Shown here: positions 18,318 to 28,241 of the stretch, piece after piece
Layout: each line of letters begins with the position of its first letter
How positions within the stretch are numbered: position 1 is the stretch's first letter
Origin: Nitrososphaerota archaeon
Lineage (GTDB): Archaea; Thermoproteota; Nitrososphaeria_A; Caldarchaeales; Caldarchaeaceae
NCBI GenBank assembly: GCA_041641305.1
Contig: JBEPYN010000001.1
Coordinates: forward strand, 224,001 to 288,000
Reading direction: 5' to 3'
Length of the DNA: 64,000 nucleotides
Position numbers and translations under genes: made by a program
The notes under the pieces: generated by a model
Databases searched by the model: none
Seen by the model: the letters and a program-made list of their open reading frames with translations, nothing else
Told to the model about the DNA's origin: nothing

Positions 18318-19364
18318 TTGAAAGCGGTGGTTTTCGCGGCTGGTTACGGCAAGAGGCTGAGGCCTCTGACAGTTAACAGGCCTAAGCATGTTTTACCCGT
18401 GGCGGGCAAACCGTTGATCAGATGGGTTGTCGAGGCCCTTGCCGCAGCCGGAATAGATGATGTCGGCGTCCTTGTAGGATACCATGGACAGGACACCGTT
18501 CAGATCCTCAAGAGCCTTCAGAAACCTCGCCTAACTTTCACCATGCAGAAGAACCTCCTCGGCACAGGCCAAGCCTTGAAAGAGTGTAGAGAGTTTCTCG
18601 CAGGAGAGGATGCTTTCCTAGTGGTGTATGGCGACGTAACTGTTAATGATGATGTTATTCGGAGGTTGCTGGGTTTTTGGCGGGAAGGCGGGTTTGACAG
18701 CGTTTTGGCGGCTGTCGAGACTGATGAGAGCAAAAGGTTTGGCTCTATTAGGCTCGAGGGTGAGCGGCTTGCCAAGATAGAGGAGAAAACCGGCGCGGGC
18801 AACATCGTCAACGCAGGTGTCTACATCTTCAGCAAAAACATCTTCAAAGCCCTCGAGCAGGTGGGTTTCTCTGAACGGGGAGAGATAGAGCTGACCGATG
18901 CGGTAAACCAGATGGTCAAGCAGGGACACCTTGTAGGTGTGAAGGTATTTGAAAGAAGCTGGTGGTTTGACGTCGGTATGCCCGCGGACTACCTTAGGGT
19001 TAACCATGTTTATCTGAGAAATCTCCTCGGCGAATCCATTCAGTTGCAGGGCGGAGCCGTGTTAGAGGATGCCGTCGAGCTCAGGGGCCCTGTCATGGTT
19101 GAGGAGGAATGCGTCATAGAGAGTGGCTCGGTCTTGGAGGGGCCCTGCTACATTTGTAGAGGGTCTGTCATAGGCCGCGGAAGCAGGGTGATGAGCTCTG
19201 TTGTGTTGGAGAAGTGTTTTCTCGGGCCCGGGTCAAGTTTGGTCAACACCGTGTTGGGTGAGGAGTCAGTTTTCAGCGAAGGTGTCGAGGTTTTGTCAAG
19301 TGGTTTCCCCGCCTACGTCAGCGAACCCGGCTTCAGGGCCGAGAAACGGCTCAAGATAGTTTAA
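18318..19364 (+). CDS. Sugar-phosphate nucleotidyltransferase with left-handed beta-helix tail
   Basis: AAGYGKRLRPLT..PK, LGTG, YGD, EEK, SERGE.ELTDA, hexapeptide repeats. Confidence 0.88.
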   Translation: MKAVVFAAGYGKRLRPLTVNRPKHVLPVAGKPLIRWVVEALAAAGIDDVGVLVGYHGQDTVQILKSLQKPRLTFTMQKNLLGTGQALKECREFLAGEDAFLVVYGDVTVNDDVIRRLLGFWREGGFDSVLAAVETDESKRFGSIRLEGERLAKIEEKTGAGNIVNAGVYIFSKNIFKALEQVGFSERGEIELTDAVNQMVKQGHLVGVKVFERSWWFDVGMPADYLRVNHVYLRNLLGESIQLQGGAVLEDAVELRGPVMVEEECVIESGSVLEGPCYICRGSVIGRGSRVMSSVVLEKCFLGPGSSLVNTVLGEESVFSEGVEVLSSGFPAYVSEPGFRAEKRLKIV

Positions 19365-19928
19365 CGCGCTTCTTGCGAGAAGCTTAGCCAGCCTAACCGG
19401 CTCGGGGAACCGGCCGTCAACAGTAAACTTGTCGAGGACAGTTTTGGCTTCTGTGGACAATAGACCAAAACATCTCACATAGACCTTGTAACCTGTCTTC
19501 AGCACCACATCGACCCTCTCACCATTGCTTCGGTGAACCAGGAGACGCTGTTCCCAGTCCGTCGGAAACCTCTTCATAAAAACCTCCTCAAGCCCACGGG
19601 ACTCGCGGTAGCTGAGACATATCAACGGAATGTTGATAGCTTGATGAAGCCTGTTGAGGTCGACTACGTTGAACCAGCTTATGACGCTTCCGCTCAACAG
19701 AACCACGTTGATGTCCATTCGGCCGAGGCGATGCCACATCTCTAGAACGGCATCTGTAGAGTCCATGCCTCCAACGGTGCATGAGCCGAAAACAAAACCG
19801 TCCACTAGTAGATCAGACCTCATCACCACGCCGGCGAGAACAGCCCTTGAACCCATCCTCTTCCTAAAGCTCTCAGCGACGCCGAGGGCCCTAATCCCCT
19901 TCTTCCCAACCCTAACCCTGGCCTGCAA
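19296..19928 (-). CDS. DUF99 family (endonuclease V-like) protein
   Basis: RALGVAESF, VGGMDSTD, SWFNVVD, PEPVRLA. Confidence 0.8.
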   Translation of the reverse strand: MQARVRVGKKGIRALGVAESFRKRMGSRAVLAGVVMRSDLLVDGFVFGSCTVGGMDSTDAVLEMWHRLGRMDINVVLLSGSVISWFNVVDLNRLHQAINIPLICLSYRESRGLEEVFMKRFPTDWEQRLLVHRSNGERVDVVLKTGYKVYVRCFGLLSTEAKTVLDKFTVDGRFPEPVRLAKLLARSALNYLEPFLGPEAGFADVGGETT

Positions 19929-20865
19929 ACGCCTTCACAACAGCCGTCCACGCATTAGCCACGTTTACAGGATCGTAGCCGCCGCCACCCATCGCAAGAA
20001 TCTTGCCCCCACACTTCTTCTCAGCAATTTTGAGAAGCCTCGAGGCTGCGTAGCCATGCGCCCTCTCGGAGTATTGAAGGTTTGTGAGAGGGTCTCCCAT
20101 CAAGCCATCAGCGCCGCACTGTAGTAGCAGAAAATCGAAATCATGCTTCTCGAGAAACTGTTCAACCTCCTGAAATGCCTGGAAGAATTCTTCGTCACCC
20201 GAGTAAGGAAGCAGCGGTATGTTAAGCTTGGTACCGCGTGCTTCGCCATCACCTATCTCATTTCTAAAGCCTGTCCCCGGATAGAGTGTGCGCCCGTCTT
20301 GATGGATGTCAGCGAAAATCACACGCTTTTCGGTGTAGAAGTCGTAGCAGACACCGTCTCCATGATGCGCATCTATGTCAACGTAGGCAACGTTTCCAAC
20401 ATCTTCGCGGCGGAGAAGATACTCGATGGCTACCCCTGCGTCGTTGAATATGCAGAAGCCTCCCGCTCGGTCGCGTCTTGCATGGTGTAAACCGCCCATA
20501 GGGTTGAACCCCGCCGAAAGCTCGCCAGAAAGAATCATACGAAGCAGTTTAAGCGTAGTTCCGACCACGTATGAGGCTGCTTCAAAACATCCCGGGAAAG
20601 CGGGTGTGTCACCGTAGTCTAGGTAACCTCTTCCCGTTCTGCATCTTTCTTCAACAAATTCCACGTAGCTCCTGGTGTGGAAAAGCATCACATCCTCTTT
20701 TCCCGCCTTCTCCGGCTCGACAATAACCAAACCCTCTAAATCTCTTGTTTCGGTGTCGATCTTTTGATAGAAAGCCTCAAGCCTTATCTTGTTAAGTGGA
20801 TGCGGCTCGGGGAAACTATAGAGAAAAAGCTCGGGGCCTCTGGCAAGCCCTATCCTACGCATCAC
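19912..20865 (-). CDS. Zn-dependent histone deacetylase family / AcuC-like protein deacetylase
   Basis: GGLHHA, GFC.FND, DIDAHHGDG, GADG..GDPL, GGGGY. Confidence 0.92.
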   Translation of the reverse strand: MMRRIGLARGPELFLYSFPEPHPLNKIRLEAFYQKIDTETRDLEGLVIVEPEKAGKEDVMLFHTRSYVEFVEERCRTGRGYLDYGDTPAFPGCFEAASYVVGTTLKLLRMILSGELSAGFNPMGGLHHARRDRAGGFCIFNDAGVAIEYLLRREDVGNVAYVDIDAHHGDGVCYDFYTEKRVIFADIHQDGRTLYPGTGFRNEIGDGEARGTKLNIPLLPYSGDEEFFQAFQEVEQFLEKHDFDFLLLQCGADGLMGDPLTNLQYSERAHGYAASRLLKIAEKKCGGKILAMGGGGYDPVNVANAWTAVVKAFAGQG

Positions 20866-20905
20866 CTCTACATGTGAGAGGAGGCTTTTATACCGTTTCG
20901 AAGAA

Positions 20906-22009
20906 GTGTTTCCAGGATTGCCGCGTATTGTTCTGTTTCTGGACCTTGACTATTTTTTTGCACAGGTGGAGGAGGTTGAGAACCCTGAGCTGAAGGGTAA
21001 GCCGCTATGCGTATGCGTCTTCTCGGGAAGAACACCTGACAGTGGAGTAGTCAGCTCAGCAAACTATGTAGCGAGAAGATTCGGCATAAAAGCCGGAATG
21101 CCCATCAAGGGTGCCAAAAAACTTCTACCCGACGACTCCGTAATCCTTCCCATCCGCCTTAAACACTACGCATCTGTCTCGCGACAAATCATGGACACCC
21201 TCAGAAAATTCAACACCCCTCTACGTGTTGAGAGCGTGGATGAGGCCGTGATGGATATAACAGATGCCGTCGGTGGCGACTACGCCGAGGCCGAGAAGTT
21301 CGCGAGAAAAGTCAAGGAAACAATCCGCACACGCTTCGGCTTAACATGCAGCGTAGGAGTAGGGCCCAACCGCGTCGTGGCAAAAATGGCAGCCGACTAC
21401 TCGAAGCCCGACGGACTCACAATAGTGAAACCCGAGAACATCGAAGAATTTCTCCGAGACATGCCTGTCAAAAACCTGCCCGGAATAGGTGCCAAAACAG
21501 AATCAATTCTCGCCGACCACCATGTCAAAACAGTCGGAGACCTCTCTCGCCTAAGCCTTGAAAAGCTTGAAGAACTATTTGGAACAAAGAAAGCCCAGTA
21601 CCTTTACATGGCGTCGAGGGGCATGTATGATGAAGCTGTTGAGGAGAGGCCTCCGCCTAAGCAGGTGAGCAAAATAGTCACACTTAAACGGAACACCCGT
21701 GATGTCGAGGAAATTATGGAGACGCTTGCATCCGCGGCTTCAGATGCTTACACTAGACTTGCCTCAGCCAAGTTTTTCGCCTCAAAGATAGGGTTGATAG
21801 CCATAACCTCGCGCCTCGAAACAATTACTCGGCAGGCTGAAATACGGCTGGGAGCGAACCTTGACGAGGTGTTGAAGAGTCTACGCATCCTCTTAACCAA
21901 GCTTCTCGAAACAGACGAGAAGATGATGCTGAGACGCGTTGGAGTACGGTTTACGGGCCTCACACCCGTCCCGGGCCAAACAAGCCTAAACATCTTCTCA
22001 GAAGGGTGA
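20906..22009 (+). CDS. dinB: Y-family DNA polymerase IV (Dbh/Dpo4-like)
   Basis: DLDYFFAQVE, SANY.AR, SVDEA, AK.A....KPDG, PIP-like QTSLNIF. Confidence 0.93.
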   Translation: MFPGLPRIVLFLDLDYFFAQVEEVENPELKGKPLCVCVFSGRTPDSGVVSSANYVARRFGIKAGMPIKGAKKLLPDDSVILPIRLKHYASVSRQIMDTLRKFNTPLRVESVDEAVMDITDAVGGDYAEAEKFARKVKETIRTRFGLTCSVGVGPNRVVAKMAADYSKPDGLTIVKPENIEEFLRDMPVKNLPGIGAKTESILADHHVKTVGDLSRLSLEKLEELFGTKKAQYLYMASRGMYDEAVEERPPPKQVSKIVTLKRNTRDVEEIMETLASAASDAYTRLASAKFFASKIGLIAITSRLETITRQAEIRLGANLDEVLKSLRILLTKLLETDEKMMLRRVGVRFTGLTPVPGQTSLNIFSEG

Positions 22010-22013
22010 AAGC

Positions 22014-22421
22014 ATGAAAAGTTTTCTCAGTAGATTAGATATCCCGAGACTCATCAAATTCAGCGTAGTCGGTGGAGTCGGACTCATAGTCAACACGGTG
22101 GCGCTTTTCCTGCTCACAAACTATGTCTTCGGGGAGAGGCTGTATCTCGTCGCAGCCGCGATAAGCCTCGAAATCTCTATACTCAACAACTTTTTCCTCA
22201 ACGAGTACTGGACTTTCCGTGATAGAGCTGGGCCAGGCGGCATACAAGGACGACTCGCCAAGTTCCACGGCTCAAGGATAGCCGGAACAATAACCACGCT
22301 GGCTGTCCTCTATCTCTTAACCGACTTCCTTGGCATTTTTTACCTGGTTTCAAACATCGTTGGTGTGTTGGCTGGGATGGCTGTCAACTATTTGACAAGT
22401 AGTTGCTGGGTCTGGAGATAA
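22014..22421 (+). CDS. GtrA-family membrane protein
   Basis: KF..VG..G..VN, NF.LN..WTF, C-terminal WVW; 4 TM. Confidence 0.88.
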   Translation: MKSFLSRLDIPRLIKFSVVGGVGLIVNTVALFLLTNYVFGERLYLVAAAISLEISILNNFFLNEYWTFRDRAGPGGIQGRLAKFHGSRIAGTITTLAVLYLLTDFLGIFYLVSNIVGVLAGMAVNYLTSSCWVWR

Positions 22422-22466
22422 GCTGCTTATTCATACGCTTATATTAAGGCAGGGGAAAAATTCTGC

Positions 22467-23048
22467 ATGAGTCTCTCGAAGAAGGTGGCTCTCGCATCAG
22501 CCTTGAGCGCTCTCGGGATAGTTATATCGCCCATGATGTTTGAGTGGCTTGGGTCAAGAGCTTTCCCGGGGCAGCACTTCATCAACGTATTATCCGGTGT
22601 CCTGCTTGGCCCACTCTGGGGAGCTTTAGTGGCAATCATTATCGGGACTGTCCGTATTGCGCTCGGAATGGGGACAGTTTTCGCATACCCGGGGGGCATT
22701 CCCGGCGCGGTCTTGGTTGGCCTATTCTACATCCTGCTGAAACGGTTTAAGAACCCTCGGCTAAGGTATCTGGCTGCCTTCGCGGAACCGTTAGGCACTG
22801 TCCTGATAGGTGGAACGATAGCACTTGCCGTGGTTGCGCCTAGCATCGGGCCTGCTGTTGGACCTGCGGCCGTCATGCTTCGGAACCTTGAGACGCTCGG
22901 GTTCTGGCCTGCGTTGCTTCTTCTCTGGGGAGGCTGGGCCATCAGCTCCATAACAGGCGCGATAGCCGGATTCTTCTTCTTGGTGGCCGCCGAAAAATAT
23001 GGAGTTATATCCCGAGCCATCACAGCCTCCATACGTAGAGAGCGTTGA
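22467..23048 (+). CDS. thiW: ECF thiazole transporter S-component
   Basis: FP.QH.INV, G..FA.PG.I.GA, E.LGT..IG; thiDN lies downstream. Confidence 0.88.
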   Translation: MSLSKKVALASALSALGIVISPMMFEWLGSRAFPGQHFINVLSGVLLGPLWGALVAIIIGTVRIALGMGTVFAYPGGIPGAVLVGLFYILLKRFKNPRLRYLAAFAEPLGTVLIGGTIALAVVAPSIGPAVGPAAVMLRNLETLGFWPALLLLWGGWAISSITGAIAGFFFLVAAEKYGVISRAITASIRRER

Positions 23049-23599
23049 ACGCAGAGGAACTGCTAGGCAAAAGAACCCTGATTATTGGTGAGGCGGGCTC
23101 GGGCAAAACAAGCCTCCTCGCCCAAACAATCCAAAGCCTTCTCGGCAAACTTGGTCCATGCAGCATCACGGTAATAGACCTAGCACCCAGCCGCATAATG
23201 GGTGTCGGCGGCCCATTAACAGACCACATGAAAATAGAGGGCATCCACTACATGCGACCCCCAAACGTCTATGCACCTCGGCTTATGGCATGCAACGCCG
23301 AAGACCTCAGAAGATATGTCTCCGACAACGTGGAGACCGCGAGAAAGTTGTTCAACCAATTTCTCGCGAAGCCTACAACGGTTCTCGCCGTAAATGACCT
23401 CACAATATACCTTCACGGAGCAGATGTTGCCGAGCTGCTGACATACATAGAAAAAGCCTCCACCTTCATCGCAACAGCCTACCACGGAACAAAACTCGCC
23501 GAAGACTTCGGCACGGGCCTCTCCGAATCAGAGCGGAGAAAAGTAGAGGAACTGACTAAACATGTCGACATAGTTATCAACCTTAATTTCAGCCAATGA
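23045..23599 (+). CDS. Small P-loop NTPase of unknown function
   Basis: Walker A GEAGSGKT; degenerate Walker B LAVNDLT. Confidence 0.65.
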   Translation: MNAEELLGKRTLIIGEAGSGKTSLLAQTIQSLLGKLGPCSITVIDLAPSRIMGVGGPLTDHMKIEGIHYMRPPNVYAPRLMACNAEDLRRYVSDNVETARKLFNQFLAKPTTVLAVNDLTIYLHGADVAELLTYIEKASTFIATAYHGTKLAEDFGTGLSESERRKVEELTKHVDIVINLNFSQ

Positions 23600-24876
23600 T
23601 AGGGGGCTTCATGAATATTTGCGTCTATGAGGACCGCGGCTTCCCACGGCTATGGCCCCTAACAGCCACAAGACCCGTCTACGACTTATTCATCGGAGCC
23701 AGCACCCTCGTTGAGAAAATAAAGCAACACTTTCCAGACGTGGAAAAAATCCATCTCTACACAAGAAATTACCTCACGCAAGTTTTGGAGGAGAAGTATC
23801 CAGAGGCCGTGGTCAACAAGCCGCCAACGCGGGGAGAGACATTACTCATCAACGGCAGACTCATCCTAAACAAAGCTGTTGCAGAAGCGCTTAGAAAAAG
23901 TGAGACAGACTATGTCTTCTACGTTGGGGATGAGGTTGCGGCCATCAAGCTGGCCGAACCCGACCTCCCCGAAAATTTCTGGAACAGCTTTACAAAACCT
24001 GAGGAAAGCTTCGAGACAGTCATAAGCCATTTGAACAAGAGGAGACTCGATACCAACCTATTAACCAACCTGTGGGACATTGTTGAGCTTGCTCCAAAAC
24101 TGGTTGCAGAGGAGGCGGAGGGGGATAAATCAATTCACGGGTATAGGGGCCGCGTGTTTACTCGTGGAGAGGTTGAGGTGGAGAACCATGTTGTCCTGGA
24201 CGACAAGAAAGGCCCAATCGTGCTTGATGACAACGTTGTCGTAGAAGCGTTCACGAAGATTGTTGGGCCGTGCTTTGTTGGAAAGTCTTCCCGCATTTTC
24301 CCGAACTCGTATGTCTCGGGTTGCTGTTTTGGGCCTGTGTGTAGGGTTGGGGGCGAGGTCGAGGAATGTGTGTTCATGGGCTACTCTAACAAGAGACATT
24401 ACGGGTTTTTGGGACACAGTGTCGTGGGCGAGTGGGTCAACATAGCCGCTGGAACAACCGTCTCCAACATGAAAAACACCTACGGCACCTTTAGGATAAC
24501 AGTTGAAGGCAGACGCGTCGAAACCGGGAGACAGTTCCTCGGCACATTCTTCGCGGACCACGTCAAAACAGGGATAGGCACCATGGTTTCAGGCGGCATA
24601 AAAATCGGAGTAGCAAGCCATGTTTACAGAGAAGCCCATGCAGACATCCCATCCTTCACAATACACACGCCCATGGAAAAAATTGAAATCGACATCGAAC
24701 AGGCCCTTGAAACAGCCAAAAGAATGATGGCCAGAAGAGGGGTAAAACCCTCTAAAAGCTATCTCGAGATGCTCAGGAATGTTTTTGACATGACGGCTGA
24801 TGAGAGAAGATCGGCTGGGGTCTTGAAGAAGAGGTTCAGCTTTTATAACACCTCAGGTGGTTTAAGCCATGGTTAA
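23596..24876 (+). CDS. GlmU-like protein (degenerate nucleotidyltransferase plus LbH acyltransferase)
   Basis: [41 protein letters not shown]. Confidence 0.8.
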   Translation: MIGGFMNICVYEDRGFPRLWPLTATRPVYDLFIGASTLVEKIKQHFPDVEKIHLYTRNYLTQVLEEKYPEAVVNKPPTRGETLLINGRLILNKAVAEALRKSETDYVFYVGDEVAAIKLAEPDLPENFWNSFTKPEESFETVISHLNKRRLDTNLLTNLWDIVELAPKLVAEEAEGDKSIHGYRGRVFTRGEVEVENHVVLDDKKGPIVLDDNVVVEAFTKIVGPCFVGKSSRIFPNSYVSGCCFGPVCRVGGEVEECVFMGYSNKRHYGFLGHSVVGEWVNIAAGTTVSNMKNTYGTFRITVEGRRVETGRQFLGTFFADHVKTGIGTMVSGGIKIGVASHVYREAHADIPSFTIHTPMEKIEIDIEQALETAKRMMARRGVKPSKSYLEMLRNVFDMTADERRSAGVLKKRFSFYNTSGGLSHG

Positions 24877-26224
24877 ACGTGTCCTGACCGTCGCAGGCTC
24901 CGACTCGGGCGGCGGCGCAGGAATACAGGCTGACCTCAAAACATTTGCCGCGCTCGGTGTTCACGGGATGTCCGCCATCACTTGCATCACGGCCCAGAAC
25001 ACGGAAGCTGTAACAGCCATTCACCAAGTTCCCGCCGAGATAGTCCGGGAGCAGATACGAGTCGTCGCTTACGATATCGGTGTCGACGCCGTCAAAACGG
25101 GTATGTTGTTCAGCGAGGAGATTATCGAGTCTGTTGCAGATGAATTATCGGGGATGAAGGTTCCGTTGGTTGTTGACCCTGTGGCGGTTGCTAAGAGTGG
25201 TGCGCCTTTGCTGAAGCCCAACGCCGTGGAGGCGCTTGTGAAAAGGCTCCTACCTCTCGCTACAGTGGTAACACCCAACATCAACGAGGCCAAGCTCCTA
25301 ACAAATATGGATATAGACTCCATCGAGGAAATGGAGGAGGCAGCACATAGGATAGCCGATATGGGGCCCGAGGCGGTGGTGGTCAAAGGCGGCCACTTGC
25401 CAAGTGAAACGACCACAGACATACTTCTTTACGCAGGCAACGTTTACAGGTTCGTTGCCGATAAAATCCATACACGGAATACGCATGGAACAGGATGTGT
25501 CTTCGCATCAGCCATCGCCGCCTACCTTGCCAAGGGCTGGAAAATCCCCCAAGCAGTTCAGAACGCACAGAAATTCGTCAACGAAGCCATAAAAAGAGGA
25601 CTCAGCATCGGACACGGCTACGGCCCCGTCAACCCAACAGGGGCGGTCTACGAAAACTCTGAGAAGATGGTTGCACTTCGCCAACTTAGAGAGGCTGTGG
25701 AAATGATCGAGTCTGAAGAGTCTTTCAAGCGTCTTATCCCCGAGAGCGGTTCAAACATCGCGGTGGCAACGGAATATGCTTCTTCGGTTGAAGACGTTGT
25801 CGCCATACCTGGTCGCATAGTGAGGACACCTGACGGTTTCACAGTTGTCTCGGAGCCTTGGTTCGGTGCATCCAAACATGTCGCCAACGCTGTGTTAACA
25901 GCCATGAAATATGACCCATCTATCAGAAGCGCGGCCAACATCCGGTTTGATGACGAAATCCTCGCCACATTAGAGACCCTAGGCTTCAGCGTCTCTTTCT
26001 ATGATAGAGCTTCGGAGCCTGAGGATGTTAAGAAAGAGGAGGGACGGACTATTCCATGGGGTGTTGAAGAGGCTGTGAAAAAAGCAGGCGGTGTTGTCGA
26101 CGTGGTTTACCATCGGGGAGATGTAGGCAAGGAGCCTATGGCCGTTGTTTTCGGGGTCGATGCCTTCGATGTAGCGAGGAAGCTGATAAGGATCAGCAGG
26201 AGGCTTTCGGGTGTGGAGACATGA
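24869..26224 (+). CDS. thiDN: Bifunctional HMP/HMP-P kinase and thiamine-phosphate synthase (ThiD-ThiN)
   Basis: [19 protein letters not shown]; C-terminal [22 protein letters not shown]. Confidence 0.93.
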   Translation: MVKRVLTVAGSDSGGGAGIQADLKTFAALGVHGMSAITCITAQNTEAVTAIHQVPAEIVREQIRVVAYDIGVDAVKTGMLFSEEIIESVADELSGMKVPLVVDPVAVAKSGAPLLKPNAVEALVKRLLPLATVVTPNINEAKLLTNMDIDSIEEMEEAAHRIADMGPEAVVVKGGHLPSETTTDILLYAGNVYRFVADKIHTRNTHGTGCVFASAIAAYLAKGWKIPQAVQNAQKFVNEAIKRGLSIGHGYGPVNPTGAVYENSEKMVALRQLREAVEMIESEESFKRLIPESGSNIAVATEYASSVEDVVAIPGRIVRTPDGFTVVSEPWFGASKHVANAVLTAMKYDPSIRSAANIRFDDEILATLETLGFSVSFYDRASEPEDVKKEEGRTIPWGVEEAVKKAGGVVDVVYHRGDVGKEPMAVVFGVDAFDVARKLIRISRRLSGVET

Positions 26225-27108
26225 GAGCTGAGTTCGGCGTCTGCGTCCCCAACTTTGGCAAAAACCTTTCACCCAAGGCAGTAAGCATCGTCGCATCCGA
26301 GGCCGAGGAACTTGGATACGAGTCTGTATGGGTGACCGATCATTTACTACTTCCCCCAACCCAGAGGTATCCGTATGGCAGCATCCTAGAGGCGCTCACA
26401 ACCATGGCCCATGTAGCCTCGGTAACAGAGGAGGTGAGGGTGGGCTCCTCTGTGTTGGTTCTTCCTATGAGAGAGCCTGTAAGTGTTGCAAAAGCTTTGG
26501 CCGCCATCGATGTATTGAGCGGAGGCCGTGTCATAGCGGGGTTTGGTGCAGGATGGTGTGAAGAAGAGTTCCAAAACATCGGCATGAATTTCAGAGACAG
26601 GGGACGAAGGTTTGACGAAGCTCTGCAGCTCATTAAACAGCTGTGGCAAGGAGGAGAGGTATCCTTCAGCGGCCGCTACTACAGGGTTGCTGCCGGCATC
26701 TTCGAGCCCACTCCAGCTCAGAAAGGCGGGCCACCTATCTGGATTGGGGGAAACAGTGAACACGCCTTCAAAAGGGCTCTGAAGCATGGGCAGGCATGGC
26801 ACTTCACAGGCATAACACTTGACAAGCTCAGCGAGCGGGTTTCCAACCTCAAGCAGCTCGACGGCTTCACAATATCGGGACGCTTCACAGTTGACCTAAC
26901 GGGAAAGACACCGCAAGTCGTAAAAGTAAGAGCGGGCGAAAATAGGGTAATTCTCTCAGGCTCACTGAACCAAATAACCGATACGATAGACCAATACCTC
27001 CGGAAAAAGGTTACACATTTTGTTCTCTACTTCGGCGACAAACCCGTCGAAGAATATGTCAAAGACATAGAGACGTTTTCCAAAGAAGTGATGCCGGGGT
27101 ACCTATAA
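26221..27108 (+). CDS. Luciferase-like (LLM), probably F420-dependent, oxidoreductase
   Basis: AEELGYESVWVTDH, D.LSGGR..G.GAGW..EEF, PPIWIGG. Confidence 0.85.
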   Translation: MRAEFGVCVPNFGKNLSPKAVSIVASEAEELGYESVWVTDHLLLPPTQRYPYGSILEALTTMAHVASVTEEVRVGSSVLVLPMREPVSVAKALAAIDVLSGGRVIAGFGAGWCEEEFQNIGMNFRDRGRRFDEALQLIKQLWQGGEVSFSGRYYRVAAGIFEPTPAQKGGPPIWIGGNSEHAFKRALKHGQAWHFTGITLDKLSERVSNLKQLDGFTISGRFTVDLTGKTPQVVKVRAGENRVILSGSLNQITDTIDQYLRKKVTHFVLYFGDKPVEEYVKDIETFSKEVMPGYL

Positions 27109-27135
27109 ATAAACGCATAAAAATTATTTTACCAA

Positions 27136-27603
27136 ATGAGTCTAAGGCGGGTTTTCTATTCCGCCCTTGGCACATCACTACTAGCCATTCTAACGATGTC
27201 GTTAGGCAGCTATGTCAGCAAGGTGGGGGCAGGTATGGCATGTCCTGACTGGCCCCTCTGCCCACTCGAAAACGATCCATTCATTCTACTCGAATTTGGA
27301 CACAGGATCGTCGCATTCACCACTTTCCTCTCCGGAGTATACACTTTATACCTAGGCTGGAGAACCAAGCTCCGTCCGTTGGCCGTCTATGCTTTCGCCG
27401 CGCTTTTGCTACAGGTTTTCGTAGTCGGTGCAGTAGTAATCTATACGGCTATACCGCCTATAGTCATAGCTGTGCATCAAGCTGTTGCGGCATCTGTTCT
27501 CGCACTACACGCCTCCTTAGCCACGGCGGCCCTGTTATACAGCACTCCGGAAAAACACAAAAATACAGCCGAAAAAGGGGTTGCATATGTCTCAGGTAAC
27601 TAA
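27136..27603 (+). CDS. ctaA: Compact (4-TM) heme A synthase
   Basis: GMACPDWPLC, EFGHR, distal His (VHQ); first gene of the oxidase operon. Confidence 0.85.
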   Translation: MSLRRVFYSALGTSLLAILTMSLGSYVSKVGAGMACPDWPLCPLENDPFILLEFGHRIVAFTTFLSGVYTLYLGWRTKLRPLAVYAFAALLLQVFVVGAVVIYTAIPPIVIAVHQAVAASVLALHASLATAALLYSTPEKHKNTAEKGVAYVSGN

Positions 27604-27820
27604 AAACGACTACCTCATTCTCACCCTGATCATCTTCGCCATGTTCACTGCACTTCTTGTTTTAGGAAACTTTGGACAACTCTTAAGGCCGGTATCCCCC
27701 CAAACCATAGAGATCAACCGGCTTTACCAGTTCGTTTACATATCGGCCTCCGCCGTGGGCTCCATATTCATCGGCGCACTCTTCTTCATGATGTATAAAT
27801 TCAGAGAAAAAGGTGAGTAA
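27587..27820 (+). CDS. N-terminal membrane fragment of cytochrome c oxidase subunit II (IIa-like)
   Basis: P.S....I..LY...A..V....L....YKFR matches the CoxII TM1 region; immediately precedes the CuA gene. Confidence 0.65.
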   Translation: MSQVTKNDYLILTLIIFAMFTALLVLGNFGQLLRPVSPQTIEINRLYQFVYISASAVGSIFIGALFFMMYKFREKGE

Positions 27821-27824
27821 TGGC

Positions 27825-28241
27825 ATGGAAAGGGTTAAGATAGTGGAGAACGCCACAATCGTCGGCGCAATAATACTGTTCGCCATAATCGGGTTCTGGT
27901 CTTGGACAGTTTTAAACGACCTTGAAGCGAATAAACCCGCGGACTTGACGGTCAAGGTTGTGGCACGCCAGTTTGCATGGCAGTTTGAATATCCCGACGG
28001 CACCGTCAGCGCCGAGCTAAGGGTGAAGGCCGGACAAACCGTGAAGCTTGAGCTTCACTCCGAAGACGTCATCCACAGCTTCTACCTCAGAGACTTCGGT
28101 GTCAAGAAAGACGTCGTCCCCGGCCGAACAAACGTCCTCTATGTAACTCCGTTGGAGCCAGGAACATATTTAATACAATGTGCAGAGTTCTGTGGACAGG
28201 GCCATTACAGTATGAGAGCTAACATGGTGGTTGAGCCATGA
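27825..28241 (+). CDS. coxB: Cytochrome c oxidase subunit II, single TM plus CuA domain
   Basis: QFAWQFEY, DVIHSF, CAEFCGQGHYSM; SD AGGTGA at 27811-27816 (ORF track start is GTG 27813). Confidence 0.92.
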   Translation: MERVKIVENATIVGAIILFAIIGFWSWTVLNDLEANKPADLTVKVVARQFAWQFEYPDGTVSAELRVKAGQTVKLELHSEDVIHSFYLRDFGVKKDVVPGRTNVLYVTPLEPGTYLIQCAEFCGQGHYSMRANMVVEP

